Below, one piece after another: positions 10,915-23,600 of a DNA stretch of 64,000 nt (the stretch's first letter is position 1; every line of letters starts with the position of its first letter). The stretch is from Mobula hypostoma. Lineage: Eukaryota. A program made the position numbers and the translations under genes. The stretch covers positions 4,094,001 through 4,158,000 of the forward strand of contig NC_086101.1 of assembly GCF_963921235.1 (NCBI RefSeq), given 5' to 3'. The notes beneath the pieces are model-generated. The model saw only the letters and a program-made list of their open reading frames with translations, did not search any database and had not been told where the DNA came from.

Positions 10915-13052
10915 TGCCCGGCAGGAACTTGGAAGCATAATTTGGGAACAAATGTTCTCAGGGAAACGTATGACAGAAATGTGGCAAATGTTCAGGGGAT
11001 ATGGCTTTCTACAGAAGTACGTTCTAATGAGACAGGGAAAGGATGGTAGGGCACAGGAACCGTGGTGTACACAGGCTGTTGAAAATATAGTCAAGAAGAA
11101 GAAGAAAGCTAATGAAAGGTTCAAAAAAAAAACTAGGTAATGATAGAGATCTAGAAAATTATAAGATTAGCAGGAAGGATCTGAAGAATGAAATTCGGAA
11201 AGCCAGAAGGGACCTTGAGAAGGCCTTGGCGAGCAGGATTAAAGAAAACCTCAAAGCATTCTACAAGTAAGTGAAGAGCAAGAGGATAAGATGTAAGAGA
11301 ATAGGACCTATCAAATGTGACAGTGGAAAAGTGTGTATGGAACCGGAGGAGACAGCAGAGGAACTTAATGAATACTTTGTTTTAGTATTCACTACCGAAA
11401 AGGACCTTGGTGATTGAACAGATGACTTATAGCGGGCTGAAAAGCTAGAGCATAGAAACATTAAGAAAGAGGATGTGCTGGAGCTTTTGGAAAGCATCAA
11501 GTTGGATAAGTCGCCGGGACTGGATGAAATGTACCCCAGGCTACTGTTGGAAGTGAGAGAAGAGATTGCTGAGCCTCTGGCGATGATCTTTGCATCATCA
11601 ATGGGGACGGGAGAGGTTCCGGAGGATTAGAGGGTTGCAGATGCTGTTCCATTATTCAAGAAAGGGAGTAGAGATAGCCCAGGAAATTATAGACCAGTGA
11701 GTCTTACTTCAGTGGTTGGTAAGTTGATGGAGAAGATCCTGAGAGGCAGGATTTATGAACATTTGGAGAGGCATAATATGATTAGGAATAGTCAGCATGG
11801 CTTTGTCAAAGGCAGGTCGTGCCTTATGAGCGAGATTGAATTTTTTGAGGATGTGACTAAACACATTGATGAATGAAGAGCAGTAGATGTACTGTATACT
11901 GATTTCAGCAAGGCATTTGATAAGGTACCCATGCAAGGCTTATTGAGAAAGTAAGGAGGCAATGCTTTGTGGATCCAGAAAGGGCTTGCTCACAGAAGGC
12001 AAAGAGTGGTTATAAATGGTTACTCTGCATGGAGGTTGGTGACCAGTGGTGTGCCTCAGGGATCTGTTCTGGGACCCCGTCTCTTCGTGATATTTATAAA
12101 TGACCTGGATGAGGAAGTGGAGAGATGGGTTAGTAAATTTGCTGATGACACAAAGGTTGGGAGTGTTGTGGATAGTGTGGAGGGCTGTCAGGGGTTACAG
12201 CGGGACATCAATAGGATGCAAAACTGGGCTGAGAAGTGGCAGATGGAGTTCAACCCCAATAAGTGTGAAGTGGTTCATTTTGGAAGGTCAAATATGATGG
12301 CAGAATACAGTATTAATGGCAAGACTCTTGGCAGTGTGGAAGATCAGAGGGATCTTGGGGTCAGAGTCCATAGGACACTCAAAGCTGCTGCGCAGGTTGA
12401 CTGTGTGGTTAAGGAGGCATATGGTGTATTGGCCTTCATCAACTGTGGGATTGAGTTTATGAGCCAAGAGGTAATGTTACAGCTATATAGGACCTTAGTC
12501 AGACCCCCCTTGGAGTACTGTGCTCAGTTCCGGTCATCTCACTACAGGAAGGATGTGGAAACTATAGAAAGGGTGCAGAGGGGATTTACAAAGATGCAAA
12601 GACGTTGCTTGGATTGGGGAGCATGCCTCATGAGAATAGGTTGAGTGAATTTGCCCTTTTCTCCTTGGAGTGACAGAGGATGAGAGGTGACCTGATAGAG
12701 GTGTATAAGATGATGAGAGGCATTGATCATGTGGATAGTGAGAGGCTTTTCCCCAGGGCTGAAATAGCTAACTTGAGAGGGCACAGATTTAAGGTGCTTG
12801 GAAGAAGGTACAGAGGAGATGTCAGGGGTAAGTTTTTTATGCAGAGAGTGGTGAGTGTGTGGAATGGGCTGCCGGTGATGGTGGTGGAGACTGATACAAT
12901 AGGATCTTTGAAGAGGCTCTTGAATAGGTACATGGAGCTTAGAAAAATAGAGGGCTATGGGTAATCCTAGTAATTTCTAAAGTAGGTACATGTTTTGCAC
13001 TGCATTGTAGGCCAAAGGGCCTGTATTGTGCTGGAAGTTTTCTATGTTTCTA
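10915..13052 (+). mobile_element. 5'-truncated CR1 ORF2 (RT) with stops and frameshifts
   Basis: NYRPVSLTS, GVPQGSVLGP, KFADDTK and WNGLP motifs; ttctatgt tail. Confidence 0.92.
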
Positions 13053-13557
13053 TAGCCCTTGAGGCCCTGACCGATCAGGCAATTTCTGCTTTGAATATAC
13101 CCATGGACCTGACATCCACCGCAGTCTGTGGCAGATCATTCCACAGATTCACTACCCTCTGGCTAACAAAATTCCTCCTTTCCTCTGTTCTATATGGTTG
13201 CCCCTCAATTTTGAGGCTGTGCCCTCTAGTTCTGGATACCTCCACCAGAGGAAACATCCTCTCCACATCCAGCTTATCTGGTCCTTTCAACATTGTATTC
13301 CATGTCACCTGTCAAATTTCCATTTTTCATGGCCACCCACATGAAGGAAAATCTAGAGCAGCCACTTAATCAATGGACCGAGCACAAACCTCAGGCGTGT
13401 GAGGAAATTGGAGGGCCTAGAGGAATTGCGTGAAGCTGCACATGGACAACATCAGAGCTCCAGGTCGTGTGGAGCTGGGAATCCATTGCTCCACACGGGG
13501 GCTCCCCCCATGAATGCTGTCTCCACGACTGCCGGGGGACAGGGCGACGAAGCTTAC

Positions 13558-13672
13558 CAACAACGACTTGGATCTTCTGAATGCTGTCCAGGGACTCTAT
13601 CTTGATGAAACAGTGCGCTGCAGTCAGGATCCACTTGGGAGCCACGATGGAACCACTGCACGTGGCAGAGTG
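13558..13672 (-). CDS. CFB: Complement factor B/C2 family exon (serine protease, catalytic His), HSATCSGSIVAPKWILTAAHCFIKIESLDSIQKIQVVV(G)
   Basis: Acceptor cattttcccttgcag, donor G|GTAAGC; 115 nt, phase 0->1; trypsin-family LTAAHC motif. Confidence 0.93.
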
Positions 13673-13729
13673 CTGCAAGGGAAAATGGGGAGTCAGTAGG
13701 AACCGTGGTCTGCATCGCGCCAGGCAGCG

Positions 13730-14620
13730 AGAATCAGAGTCACAATCAGCATCAGGATCGGAATGCGGATCTAGATCAGGATCAGGGTGAAAATCGGGAG
13801 CGGAATCAACATCAAGATCGGTAACAGGATCTGAATCAGCATCAAAATCAGGATTAGGATCCAGATCAGTAACAAAATCTGGATTAGAATTTGGATCGGG
13901 ATCATGAATGAGATCTGTATCAGGGTCAGGATCCACATCAGAATCGAGATCGGGCTCACGATCTGGATAGGAATCGGGATCCGCACCAATATCTATATCG
14001 GGATCAGGATAGGGATCAGAATCAGCCTCAAAATCGGGAACAAGATCAAAGATGACACTGGGATCAAGATCACGTCAGAATAAGAATCGGGTTCAAGATA
14101 AAGATCATTATCAGGACCAGGCTTAAATCAGGAACAGAATCTGATTCAGAATAGGATTAGAAGATGGATCAGGATCCATACTGGATTGAGAAACAGGATC
14201 AGAATTGGGATCGGGATCTGGATGAAGATCAGGATCAGAACCAGGAACAGAATCGCTATCAGGATTGGGGCCAGGATCAAGATCAGAATCAGAACTAGGA
14301 CCAGGATCATCCTTCAGATAGGGATGCAGCTCTGGATTGGGATAAGAATCTGGATCAGGTTCAGGATCAGGATCAGGTTCAAGATTGGGATCAGAATCGG
14401 GAATAGGATAAGAATCAGAATGGATCAGGATCGAGATCGAAATCAGGATCCAGATCACAATCAGGATCAGGCTGGGGATAGGGATCAGAATCGGGAATAG
14501 GATAAGAATCAGACTGGATCATGATCAAGGTCGAGATCGAGATAGGGACCTAGATCACAATCGGGGTCAGAATCAGAATCATGATCAGGATTGGGATCAG
14601 TGTTAGGATCAGGGTCAGAA
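13730..14620. repeat. Degenerate hexamer satellite (GGATCA/GAATCA)n
   Basis: About 890 bp of ggatca-type units; gives Asp-Pro and Ile-Arg spurious ORFs. Confidence 0.92.
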
Positions 14621-14621
14621 T

Positions 14622-14735
14622 TGTAAAGTAGTTAACTGGGTTATTCTTGTGCCACTCCCACATGGGAGGAGTTCCCATAATGTAGAAGCAGCATTGTCAA
14701 TAAAGTTCAGTTGAATATTCTGAATGCTGGCATCT
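14622..14735 (+). mobile_element. Partial short Gypsy LTR (plus strand), homologous to the LTR at 31496-31649
   Basis: Starts TGTAAAG, contains AATAAA; its reverse complement aligns with 31541-31649. Confidence 0.65.
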
Positions 14736-15108
14736 TGCTGTTCAGGAGTGATTGGCAGCTTTGGGCCTGTAATCACTGGAATTTAGAAGAATGCGGGGAG
14801 ATCTCATTGAAATTCCCAGAATCATCCTCGTGAACCTCCTCTCGACTCTCTCCAATGACAACACACTCTTTCTGAGATATGGGTCACAAAGCTGTTGACA
14901 GTATTCCATGTGCGACCTGACAAGTATCTTATAAAGGCTCGGCATTATCTCCTTGCTTTTATATTCTTTTCCCCTTGAAATAAATGCTGCATTTGGCTTC
15001 TTTACCACAGACTCAACCAGAAAATTAACCTGGGAGTCTTGCACAAGGACTCCTAAGTCCCTTTGGACCTGTGATGTTTGAACTTTCTTCCCATTTATAT
15101 AATAGTCC

Positions 15109-16073
15109 TGTCATGGTCTGGTCCGTAAATGCTGCATTCCGGTTCACGGTCCGGTCCATCGACCCTTGCTCCAGGTTTTCCTGTCTACCCTGTTTCTGTT
15201 CCTGTTGAGCACTAATTGAGGCAGCTGATGCTCGTTGGGGCTGGCTGCATAAATACCTTCAGAGACCAGGGCGTGGATGCTGGATTGTTCTTGTCCTTAC
15301 TCCTTGTATCCCTTCCCCTGCTTTCTGTTTTCTCACCTGAAGCCTTGCCTTGTCTTGCTGGTAACTCTCACCTCGCCTGAAGTTCTCGTCTTGCCTTGCA
15401 TTGCCTGAAGCCTTGCCTTGTCTTGTCTTGCCGGTAACTCTCGCCCTGCCTGGAGTTCTTGTCTCATCTTGCACGGCCTGAAGCCTTGCCTTGTCTTGTC
15501 TTGCTGGTAACTCTCGCCTCGTCTCGCCTGAAGTCTTGTTTTGGAGCCACCCTGAACCTAGCTCTCTTCCTGTCCCTTGCCTCTGTCGGGTAAGCCAGGC
15601 CAGATTGCTGTTACCCTGCGGTGGGTCCTGTCCCTTCCTGTCCCTTGCCTCCGTCGGGTAAGCCAGGCCAGATTGCCATTACCCTGCGGTGAGTCCTGTC
15701 CCTTGCCGCCATGGGGTAAGTCAGGCCAGATTGCCGTTACCCTGCGGTTGGTTCTGTCCCTTCCTGTCCCTCACCTCCATTGGGTGGTGATCCGTGCCCT
15801 GCCCAGGAGGAGAGTCAAAACCCCAAGCCTCGAGCCTCACCCCAAGCCAAGCTTCCAGACCCCAAACCTCCAGTCTCTGGTCTCAAGCCTCGCCTCCAGT
15901 CTCTGGTCTCAAGAGTCCAAGCCTGGGCTCCCAGTTCTCTTGTCCAGTCCTGTTCCGGGTTCCCGGTTTTCATGTTCATGTCCTTGCCCTCACCCTGTAT
16001 CCTAGTCCTGTCCCTAGTACTTCAGTGTCTGTATCTTGCACTTGGGTCCGTTCCCAGCCACCTCCTTATGACA
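15109..16073 (+). mobile_element. Solo LTR, 965 bp, 5-bp TSD AGTCC
   Basis: TGTCAT...ATGACA termini; TSD at 15104-15108 and 16074-16078; TATA-like cataaata near 15248; internal tandem repeats. Confidence 0.9.
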
Positions 16074-16644
16074 AGTCCATACTATTATTCTGTTTACCAA
16101 ATTGCATTATCATACATTTCCCAACATCGTGTTCCATCTGCAACTTTTTTTGCCCATTCTTCCAATTTGTCTAATTCCTACTGCAATTACATCGCTTCCT
16201 CAGCACTACCTACCCCTCCACCTATCTTTGTATCACCCGCAAACTTTGCCACAAAGCCATCAATTCCATTATCCAAATCATTGACAAATAATGTGAAAAG
16301 TAGCGGTCCCAATACTGACCCCTGAGGAACACCATTAGTCACTGGCAGCCAACCAGAGAAGGCCCCTTTTATTCCCACTCACTGCCTCCTGCTTGTCAGC
16401 CATTCCACAATCCATGCCAGAATCTTCCCTGCCATGGGATTTTATTTTGTTAAGCAGTGTTGTGTGTGGCACCTTATCAAACACCTTCCAGAAGTCCAAG
16501 TAAATGACATTCAGTGCCTCTCTTTTATCCACCCTACTTGTTACTTCCACGAAGAACTCTAACAGATTTGTCAGGCAAGATTCCCCTTTACAGAAACCAT
16601 GCTGACTTTGACTTCTTCTATCCTTAGTCTCCAAGTACCTTGAA

Positions 16645-17018
16645 AATTTTATACTTTATACTTTATTGTCGCCAAACAATTGATACTAAAACGTACAATC
16701 ATCACAGCGATATTTGATTCTGCACTTCCCACTCCCTGGATTACAAATATTAAATATTAAAAATAGTAAAAATTAGTAAATATGAGCAATTTAAATTATA
16801 GATCATAAATAGAAAATAGAAAAATGGAAAGTAAGGTAGCACAAAAAAAACTGAGAGGCAGGTCTGGATATTTGGAGGGTACGGCCCAGATCCGGGTCAG
16901 GATCCATTCAGCAGTCTTATCACAGTTGGAAAGAAGCTGTTCTCAAATCTGGCCGTACGAGTCTTCAAGCTCCTGAGCCTTCTCCCGGAGGGAAGAGGGA
17001 CGAAAAGTGTGTTGGCTA
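16645..17018 (-). mobile_element. Rex1/Babar-like LINE 3' end
   Basis: LPSGRRLRSLKTRTARFENSFFP and (ataaagt)n tail. Confidence 0.85.
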
Positions 17019-18749
17019 ACTCATCTTTAATAATAGACTCCAACACTTTCCCAAGCACTGAGGTTAGGCTAACTGGCCTATAATTTCCTTTCTTTTGCCT
17101 TCCTCCCTTCTTAAAGAGTGGAGTGACATTTGCAATCTTCCAGTCTTCTGTGCATGGAACGGACTGCCAGTGATGGTGGTGGAGGCGGATACAATAGGGT
17201 CTTTTAAGAGACTCCTGGATAGGTACATGGAGCTTAGAAAAATAGAGGGCTATGGGTAACCCTAGGTAATTTCTAGGGTAAGTACATATTCGGCACAGCT
17301 TTGTGGGCCGAAGGGCCTGTATTGTGCTGTAGGTTTTCCGTGTTTCTATGTTTCCAACCATGCCAGAATCAAGTGATTCTTGAAAGATCGCTTCAGCAAC
17401 CTCTCTCAGCACTCTGCGATGTAGTTCATCTGGTCCAGGTGACTTATCCACTTTAAGACCTCTGAGATTGCCTAGCACCTTTTTCCTTTGTAATAGCAAT
17501 GGCACTCACTCCTGTTAACTCATGGATGTCTGGCACATTGCTGGTGTCTTCCACAGTGAAGACAGAGGCAAAGTACCATTAAGTCCATCTGCCATTTCTT
17601 TGTCCCTCCTTACAACCTCACATTTTCCAGTGGTCGAATATCAACTCACACTTCCCTTTTACTCTTCACATAACTGTAAAAACTTTTGATATCCTGCTTT
17701 ATATTATTGGCTTGTCTGCCCTCATATTTCATCTTTACCCTTCTTATACCTTTTAACTTTTTTTTTGGACTTCAAAAGCTTCCCAACCATCCAATTTCTC
17801 ACCCACTTTTACTACCTTATATGTCCTTTCCTTCGTTTTTATGCAGTCCTTAACTTCATTTGTCAGCCATGATTGTCTACCCCTGCCATTTGAGAACTTT
17901 TTCCTCTATGGGACATATCTATCCTCCACCTTGTGAACTATTCCTAGAAATTTCAGCCTTCTCTGCTCTGCCGTCATCTCCACCAGTATCCTCCTCCAAT
18001 TCACCTGGGCAGCAGCCCTATCATACTGCTGTAATTCCCTTTCTTCCACTGCAATACAGATACATCTGATTGATGTGTCTCCCTCTCAAATTGCAGTATG
18101 AATTCAATCATATTATGATCATTGCTTCCTGAGGGTTCCTTTACGTTAAGCTCCTGAAGAAGATCTGGGTTATTACACAAAATCATTTCCTGGAGTAGGC
18201 TCAAGCATAAGTTGCTCTAAAAAGCCATTTTGTAGGCAATTAACAAATTCCCTCTTTTGTGATCCAACACCATGCTGATTTTCCCAAATCCCTTGCATAT
18301 TGAAGTCCCCCATTACAATTGTGTCATTACCGTTATTATATGCTTTTTCCATCTCCCTTTGTGATCTAAACCCCACATCTTGGCTACAGTTTGGAGGCCA
18401 TATATGATTCCCATAATGGTTATTTTACCCTTACAATTTCTTAACTCCACCCACAAGATTCAACATTCTCTGACCCTATGACACCTCTTTCTAAAGATGT
18501 AACTCCATCTCATACCAACAGAACCACACCACTACCTTTGCCTTCCTGCCTGTCCTTTCAGTAGAAAGTATATCCTTTGTTGTTGAGCTCCCAACTACGC
18601 TTTCTTTCAGCCATGACAGGTGATGCCCACAATGTCATACTGACCAAGTCTACTTATACCATGAGTTCCTGCACTTTATTCCAAATGCTAGGCACATTTA
18701 AATACAGCATCTTCATTCCTGCATTCTTTGCCCTTTTGAATTTTGCCTC

Positions 18750-18882
18750 TGTGGATTAGGACTGACAGATGCTCAGGTAAGGGAGTACAAACAGTGCAGG
18801 AAAAATACAAAGAATATTTCACAGGTAAACGAAATGTGATATATGAGAAGGAAAAGTTCAACTCCAGAAAACAGGAGCCAGA
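18750..18882 (+). mobile_element. Gypsy gag fragment (plus strand)
   Basis: YFTGKRNVIYE..KFNSRKQEP; homologous to the minus-strand gag at ~24990-25130. Confidence 0.75.
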
Positions 18883-19612
18883 CCCAATTTACATCGGTGG
18901 TGCGCAAGTGGAACAGGTCAAAAGCTTTAAGTTCCTCGGGGTCAATATCACAAATGACCTGACTTTGTCCAACCAAGCAGAGTTCACTGCCAAGAAGGTC
19001 CACCAGTGCCTTTACTTCCTGAGAAAACTGAAGAAATTTGGCCTGTCCTCTAACAACCTCACTAATTTTTATAGATGCACCATAGAAAGCATTCTTCTAG
19101 GGTGCATCACAACCTGGTATGGAAGTTGTCCTGTCCAAGACCGGAAGAAACTGCAGAAGATCGTGAACATGGCACAGCACATCACACAAACCAATCTTCC
19201 GTCCTTGGACTCACTTTACACCGCACGCTGTTGGAGCAGTGCTGCCAGGATAATCAAGGACACGACCCACCCAGCCAACACACTTTTTGCCCCTCTTCCC
19301 TCCGGGAGAAGGCTCAGGAGCTTGAAGACTCGTACAGCCAGATTTGGGAACAGCTTCTTTCCAACTGTGATAAGACTGCTGAACAGATCCTGACCCAGAT
19401 CTGGGCCGCACCCTCCAAATATCCGGACCTGCCTCTCGGTTTTTTTGCACCACCTTACTTTCCATTTTTCTATTTTCTATTTATGATTTATAATTTAAAT
19501 TTTTAATATTTACTGTCGATTTGTAATCCAGGGAGCAGGAAGCGCAGAATCAAATATCACTGTGATGATTGTACATTCTAGTATCAATTGTTTGGTGACA
19601 AAGTATAAAGTA
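18883..19612 (+). mobile_element. Rex1/Babar-like LINE 3' portion
   Basis: SFKFLGVNI..DL, FYRCTIESIL, LPSGRR, NSFFP motifs. Confidence 0.9.
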
Positions 19613-19626
19613 TATGATGAAAGTGT

Positions 19627-19772
19627 AAACAACAGGAATTCTGCAGATGCTGGAAATTCAAGCAACACACATCAAAGTTGCTGGTGAACGCAGCAGGCCA
19701 GGCAGCATCTCTAGGAAGAGGTACAGTTGACGTTTCAGGCCGAGACCCTTCGTCAGGACTAACTGAAGGAAG
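19627..19772 (-). mobile_element. Short Penelope-derived element with hammerhead ribozyme motif (19724-19761)
   Basis: Minus strand tagtc-CTGACGA-agggtctcggcct-GAAACGTC-aactg; near-identical to copies at 48518, 55421 and 56496. Confidence 0.8.
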
Positions 19773-19774
19773 GT

Positions 19775-20640
19775 CTCACCAATGTTTTAAAAAGTTTCAA
19801 AATACATCCTCACTTTTATATTCTAATTCTCTTGAAATGAATGCTAACATTGCAATTGCCTTACTCACCACAGACACATCCTGCAAATTAACCTTTAGGA
19901 AATGCTGCACAAGGCCAACAAGTCCCTTTGAACCTCAGTTTTTTTGCATTTTCTCTCCATTTAGAAATTAGTCAACTCTTTCATTTCTTCTACCAAAGTG
20001 CATGACCATACCGTTCCTGACACTGTATTCCACCTGCCATTACTTTGTCCATTCTCCTACTCTGTTTAATTCCTTCTGTAGTCTCTCTACTTCCTCAAAA
20101 CTACCCGTCCCTCCACCTATCTTCATTTTGTCTTCAAACTTTGCAAAAAAGCCATCAATTCCATCATCCGAATCATTGACATAAAACGTAGAAGAATTGG
20201 TCCCAACACAGACTCCTGTGGAACACCACTAGTTACCGGCAGCCAGCCAGAAAATAGCTCCCTTTATTCCCACTCTTTGCCTCCCGCCAATCAGCCACTG
20301 CTTTATCCATGCTAGAATCTTTCTTGTAATACCAGGGACTCATAGTGTGTTAAGCACCCTCATGTGTAGCACCTTGTCAAAGGCCTTCTGGAAATCCAAG
20401 TACACAACATTAACTGATTCTCCTTTGTCTATCCTGCTTGATATTTCATCAAAGAATTCCAACAGATTTGTCATGCAAGATTTTCCTTTGAGGAAACTGT
20501 GCAGACTATGGCCTATTTTTATCACATGCTTCCAAGTACCCCGAGACCTCATCTCTCCTAATCAACTCCAACATCTTCCCAACCACTGAGGTCAGACTAA
20601 CTGGCCTATAGTTTCCTTTCTTCTGCCTCTCTCGCTTCTG
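19775..20640 (-). mobile_element. CR1 RT fragment
   Basis: NYRPVSLTSVVGK, YLDFQKAFDKV. Confidence 0.85.
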
Positions 20641-23600
20641 AGCTAAGTAGATATTGGCATCTTCCATGAGGAGAGAGTCAGCTTCCATTCAATCACTTAT
20701 GTATGGCAGCCTGTTTCAAATAGGAATTTAGCGCCTTTCAAGTAATAGCTGAAACATGGATAAGCCCACACGAGAGCTAGCGTCTCCTTTTTGATTTGGG
20801 CGTAACGCTGCTCAGTTGGAGTCAGTGCTCTTGATGCAAATGCCACCATTTTCCATACACCACTTGAATAAACATTATCCCTAGACCAAAGGAAGCAACG
20901 CCTGCTGAGACATGGTTGCTCTGTGTGGATCAAATGATGCCAATGTCGGTGGAGAGATAAGCTCTGCTTAAGTACTGAGAGTGACTTCTCCTGTAATGCA
21001 CCCCGGGTCCAAATGTTTCACTGAGAGCGGAGGTCACTAAGAGGCCTTGTTGTCTCTGCCAAATCTGGAATGAAATTTCCCAGCTGGTTACCGTGCCAAG
21101 GAAACTGCAGATACAGTCATAGGTTGTTCCATGTTCCGAACTCCTGCCAGTTTGTCTGAAACTAGTTGCACTCCCTCTGAGGATAGTTGGTTGTCTAAGA
21201 ATGTGACCTCCAAGTTTACAAATTTGCACTTCCTTCTGTTCGTAGTGTTTCCAACTCATTTCAGTTTCTCCAGGGCAGCTTCCACTCTTTTGTCATGTTT
21301 CTCACTGAAGAGAACTATATAGTCCACATGACAGACTACTCCTGCCAGTCCCTCCAAACTTTGGTCCATCTGAAAGAGGTCAAGGGGTGATGAGATGCCA
21401 AAAAAGAGACTCTTGAAGACATAGCATCCATGTGGTTGATAACGGTTGTGAGCTTCTGTGACTCAGGAGCTAAACAGGTCTGCCAGAACCCTGAGTTTAC
21501 ATCTAGTTTGGGGAATATTTTGCTCTACCCAGCAGACCCATTCTGTGCTTAACAGCGGGCAGAATAAACTTCTCCTGCTTCACTGCATTAGTCCATTTTG
21601 CGAGTCCAACATACATCCTCACCGTGCCACCTGGCTGGGGAACAAGAACAACGTCCGCACACCAGTCAGTAAGTCCATTCACTCTACGTGAGGGTCACGA
21701 GCAAAATCAAGTGCAGGGATCACAGAGGCATCAGTAATTCCAGCAAAACAAAAGATTTATTGCAGAAGTTAGCTGAGGAGACTAACAAGAGCAAGGCAAA
21801 CCATGCAGAACTTTGAGGAACAGAAATCGCTCACAGAAGAATTTGGTTTGAGTTTCACCTGCAAGGAACAACAATGACCCAACAAAGAAGTGTTGGCGTG
21901 CACCCCTGAAATACAGCCTGGAGCACCGAAGAATTCATGACCAATCAGACGACAGAGGTGTCTATCTGAAGCAATAATCCCCGAAGACAACAACTACTTT
22001 ACAATACCGTGCTAATTAAGTTATCGCAAATTGAATGAACGTGATAAATATAAAGAGTTTAACAATCCTCATGATCCAAAATGAGATATCTAACAAACAA
22101 AGTGAAAAACCAGAGCTAGCCTAAAGTTCAACAATTAGACAAAAAAAGGTAAACAATCCAAGGAAAAGCACATAGCCACAAGGTGACATAGAGAAAATAC
22201 AAATTGACAAAAAAATAATCTTTTCTTTTTAAAAAATGACCCCTGGTTGTGACACTCCAGTTATGATGTCAAGTACTTCCATTTTCTCAAGTTCAGATTT
22301 GACTTTGTTCATCAATGGGACTGGAATACACTTCGATGTGGTCACTCCTGGCCTCGGTTGGATAAGGTTCTGTTCTCTCACTGCCCAAAGACCTGTGAAG
22401 AACTCTGGGTATTTCTCTTGCCACTGACCATTGCTCAGTGAATCCAACCTTATAGAAACCATAGAAACTGCAGCACAGAAACAGGCCTTTTGGCCCTTCT
22501 TGGCTGTGCCGAACCATTTTCTGCCTCACTGACCTGCACACGGACCATATCCCTCCATACACCTCCCATCCATGTATCTTTCCAATTTATTCTTAAATGT
22601 TACAAAAGAACCCGCATTTACCACCTCGTCTGGCAGCTCATTCCATACTCCCACCACTCTCTGTGTGAAGAAGCCCCCACTAATGTTCCCTTTAAACTTT
22701 TCCCCCCTCACCCTTAACCCATGTCCTCTGGTTTTTTTCTCCCCTTGCCTCAGTGGAAAAAGCCTGCTTGCATTCACTCTATCTATACCCATCATAATTT
22801 TATATACCTCTATCAAATCTCCCCTCATTCTTCTACGCTCCAGGGAATAAAGTCCTAACCTATTCAACCTTTCTCTGTAACTGAGTTTCTCAAATCTCGG
22901 CAACATCCTTGTAAACCTTCTCTGCACTCTTTCAACCTTATTTATACCCTTCCTGTAATTTGGTGACCAAAACTGAACACAATACTCCAGATTCAGCCTC
23001 ACCAATGCCTTATACAACCTCATCATAACATTCCAGCTCTTATACTCAATAATTTGATTAATAAAGGCCAATGTACCAAAAGCTCTCTTTATGACCCTAT
23101 CTACCTGTAATGACACTTTAAGGGAATTTTGTATCTGTATTCCCAGATCCCTCTGTTCCACTGCACTCCTCAGTGCCTTACCATTAACCCTGTATGTTCT
23201 ACCTTGGTTTGTCCTTCCAACGTGCAGTACCTCACACTTGTCTGTATTAAACTCCATCTGCCATTTTTCAGCCCATTTTTCCAGCTGGTCCAACTCCCTC
23301 TGCAGGCTCTGAAAACCTTCCTCACTGTCTACTACACCTCCAATCTTTGTATCATCAGCAAACTTGCTGATCCAATTTACCACATTATCATCCAGATCAT
23401 TGATATAGATGACAAATAACAATGGACCCAGCACTGATCCCTGTGGCACACCACTAGTCACAGGCCTCCACTCAGAGAAGCAATTCTCTACCACCACTCT
23501 CTAGCTTCTTCCATCGAGCCAATGTCTAATCCAATTTACCACCTCTTCATGTATACCTAGCGACTGAATTTTCCTAACTAACCTCCCATGCAGGACCTTG

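Larger units (their letters stand above)
14800..18745 (-). mobile_element. Degenerate CR1 ORF2 carrying nested solo LTR, Rex1-like and CR1 insertions
   Basis: RT and APE motifs (GVPQGSVLGP, IVMGDFN) on the minus strand between the insertions. Confidence 0.82.

Noticed and set aside
13391..13936. 181-aa ORF fusing an Asp-Pro repeat to the protease His motif
   Set aside because: The DP part is satellite read-through. A good acceptor at 13673-13674 and donor at 13557 delimit the real exon, whose phases match its neighbours.
14123..14500. DP-rich and IR-rich ORFs (also 31810-32098)
   Set aside because: Translations of the hexamer satellite with no splice or homology support.
15330..15780. Regularly spaced repeats resembling a CRISPR-like array
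   Set aside because: Tandem subrepeats inside a solo LTR, with no unique spacers or cas genes, in a eukaryotic context.
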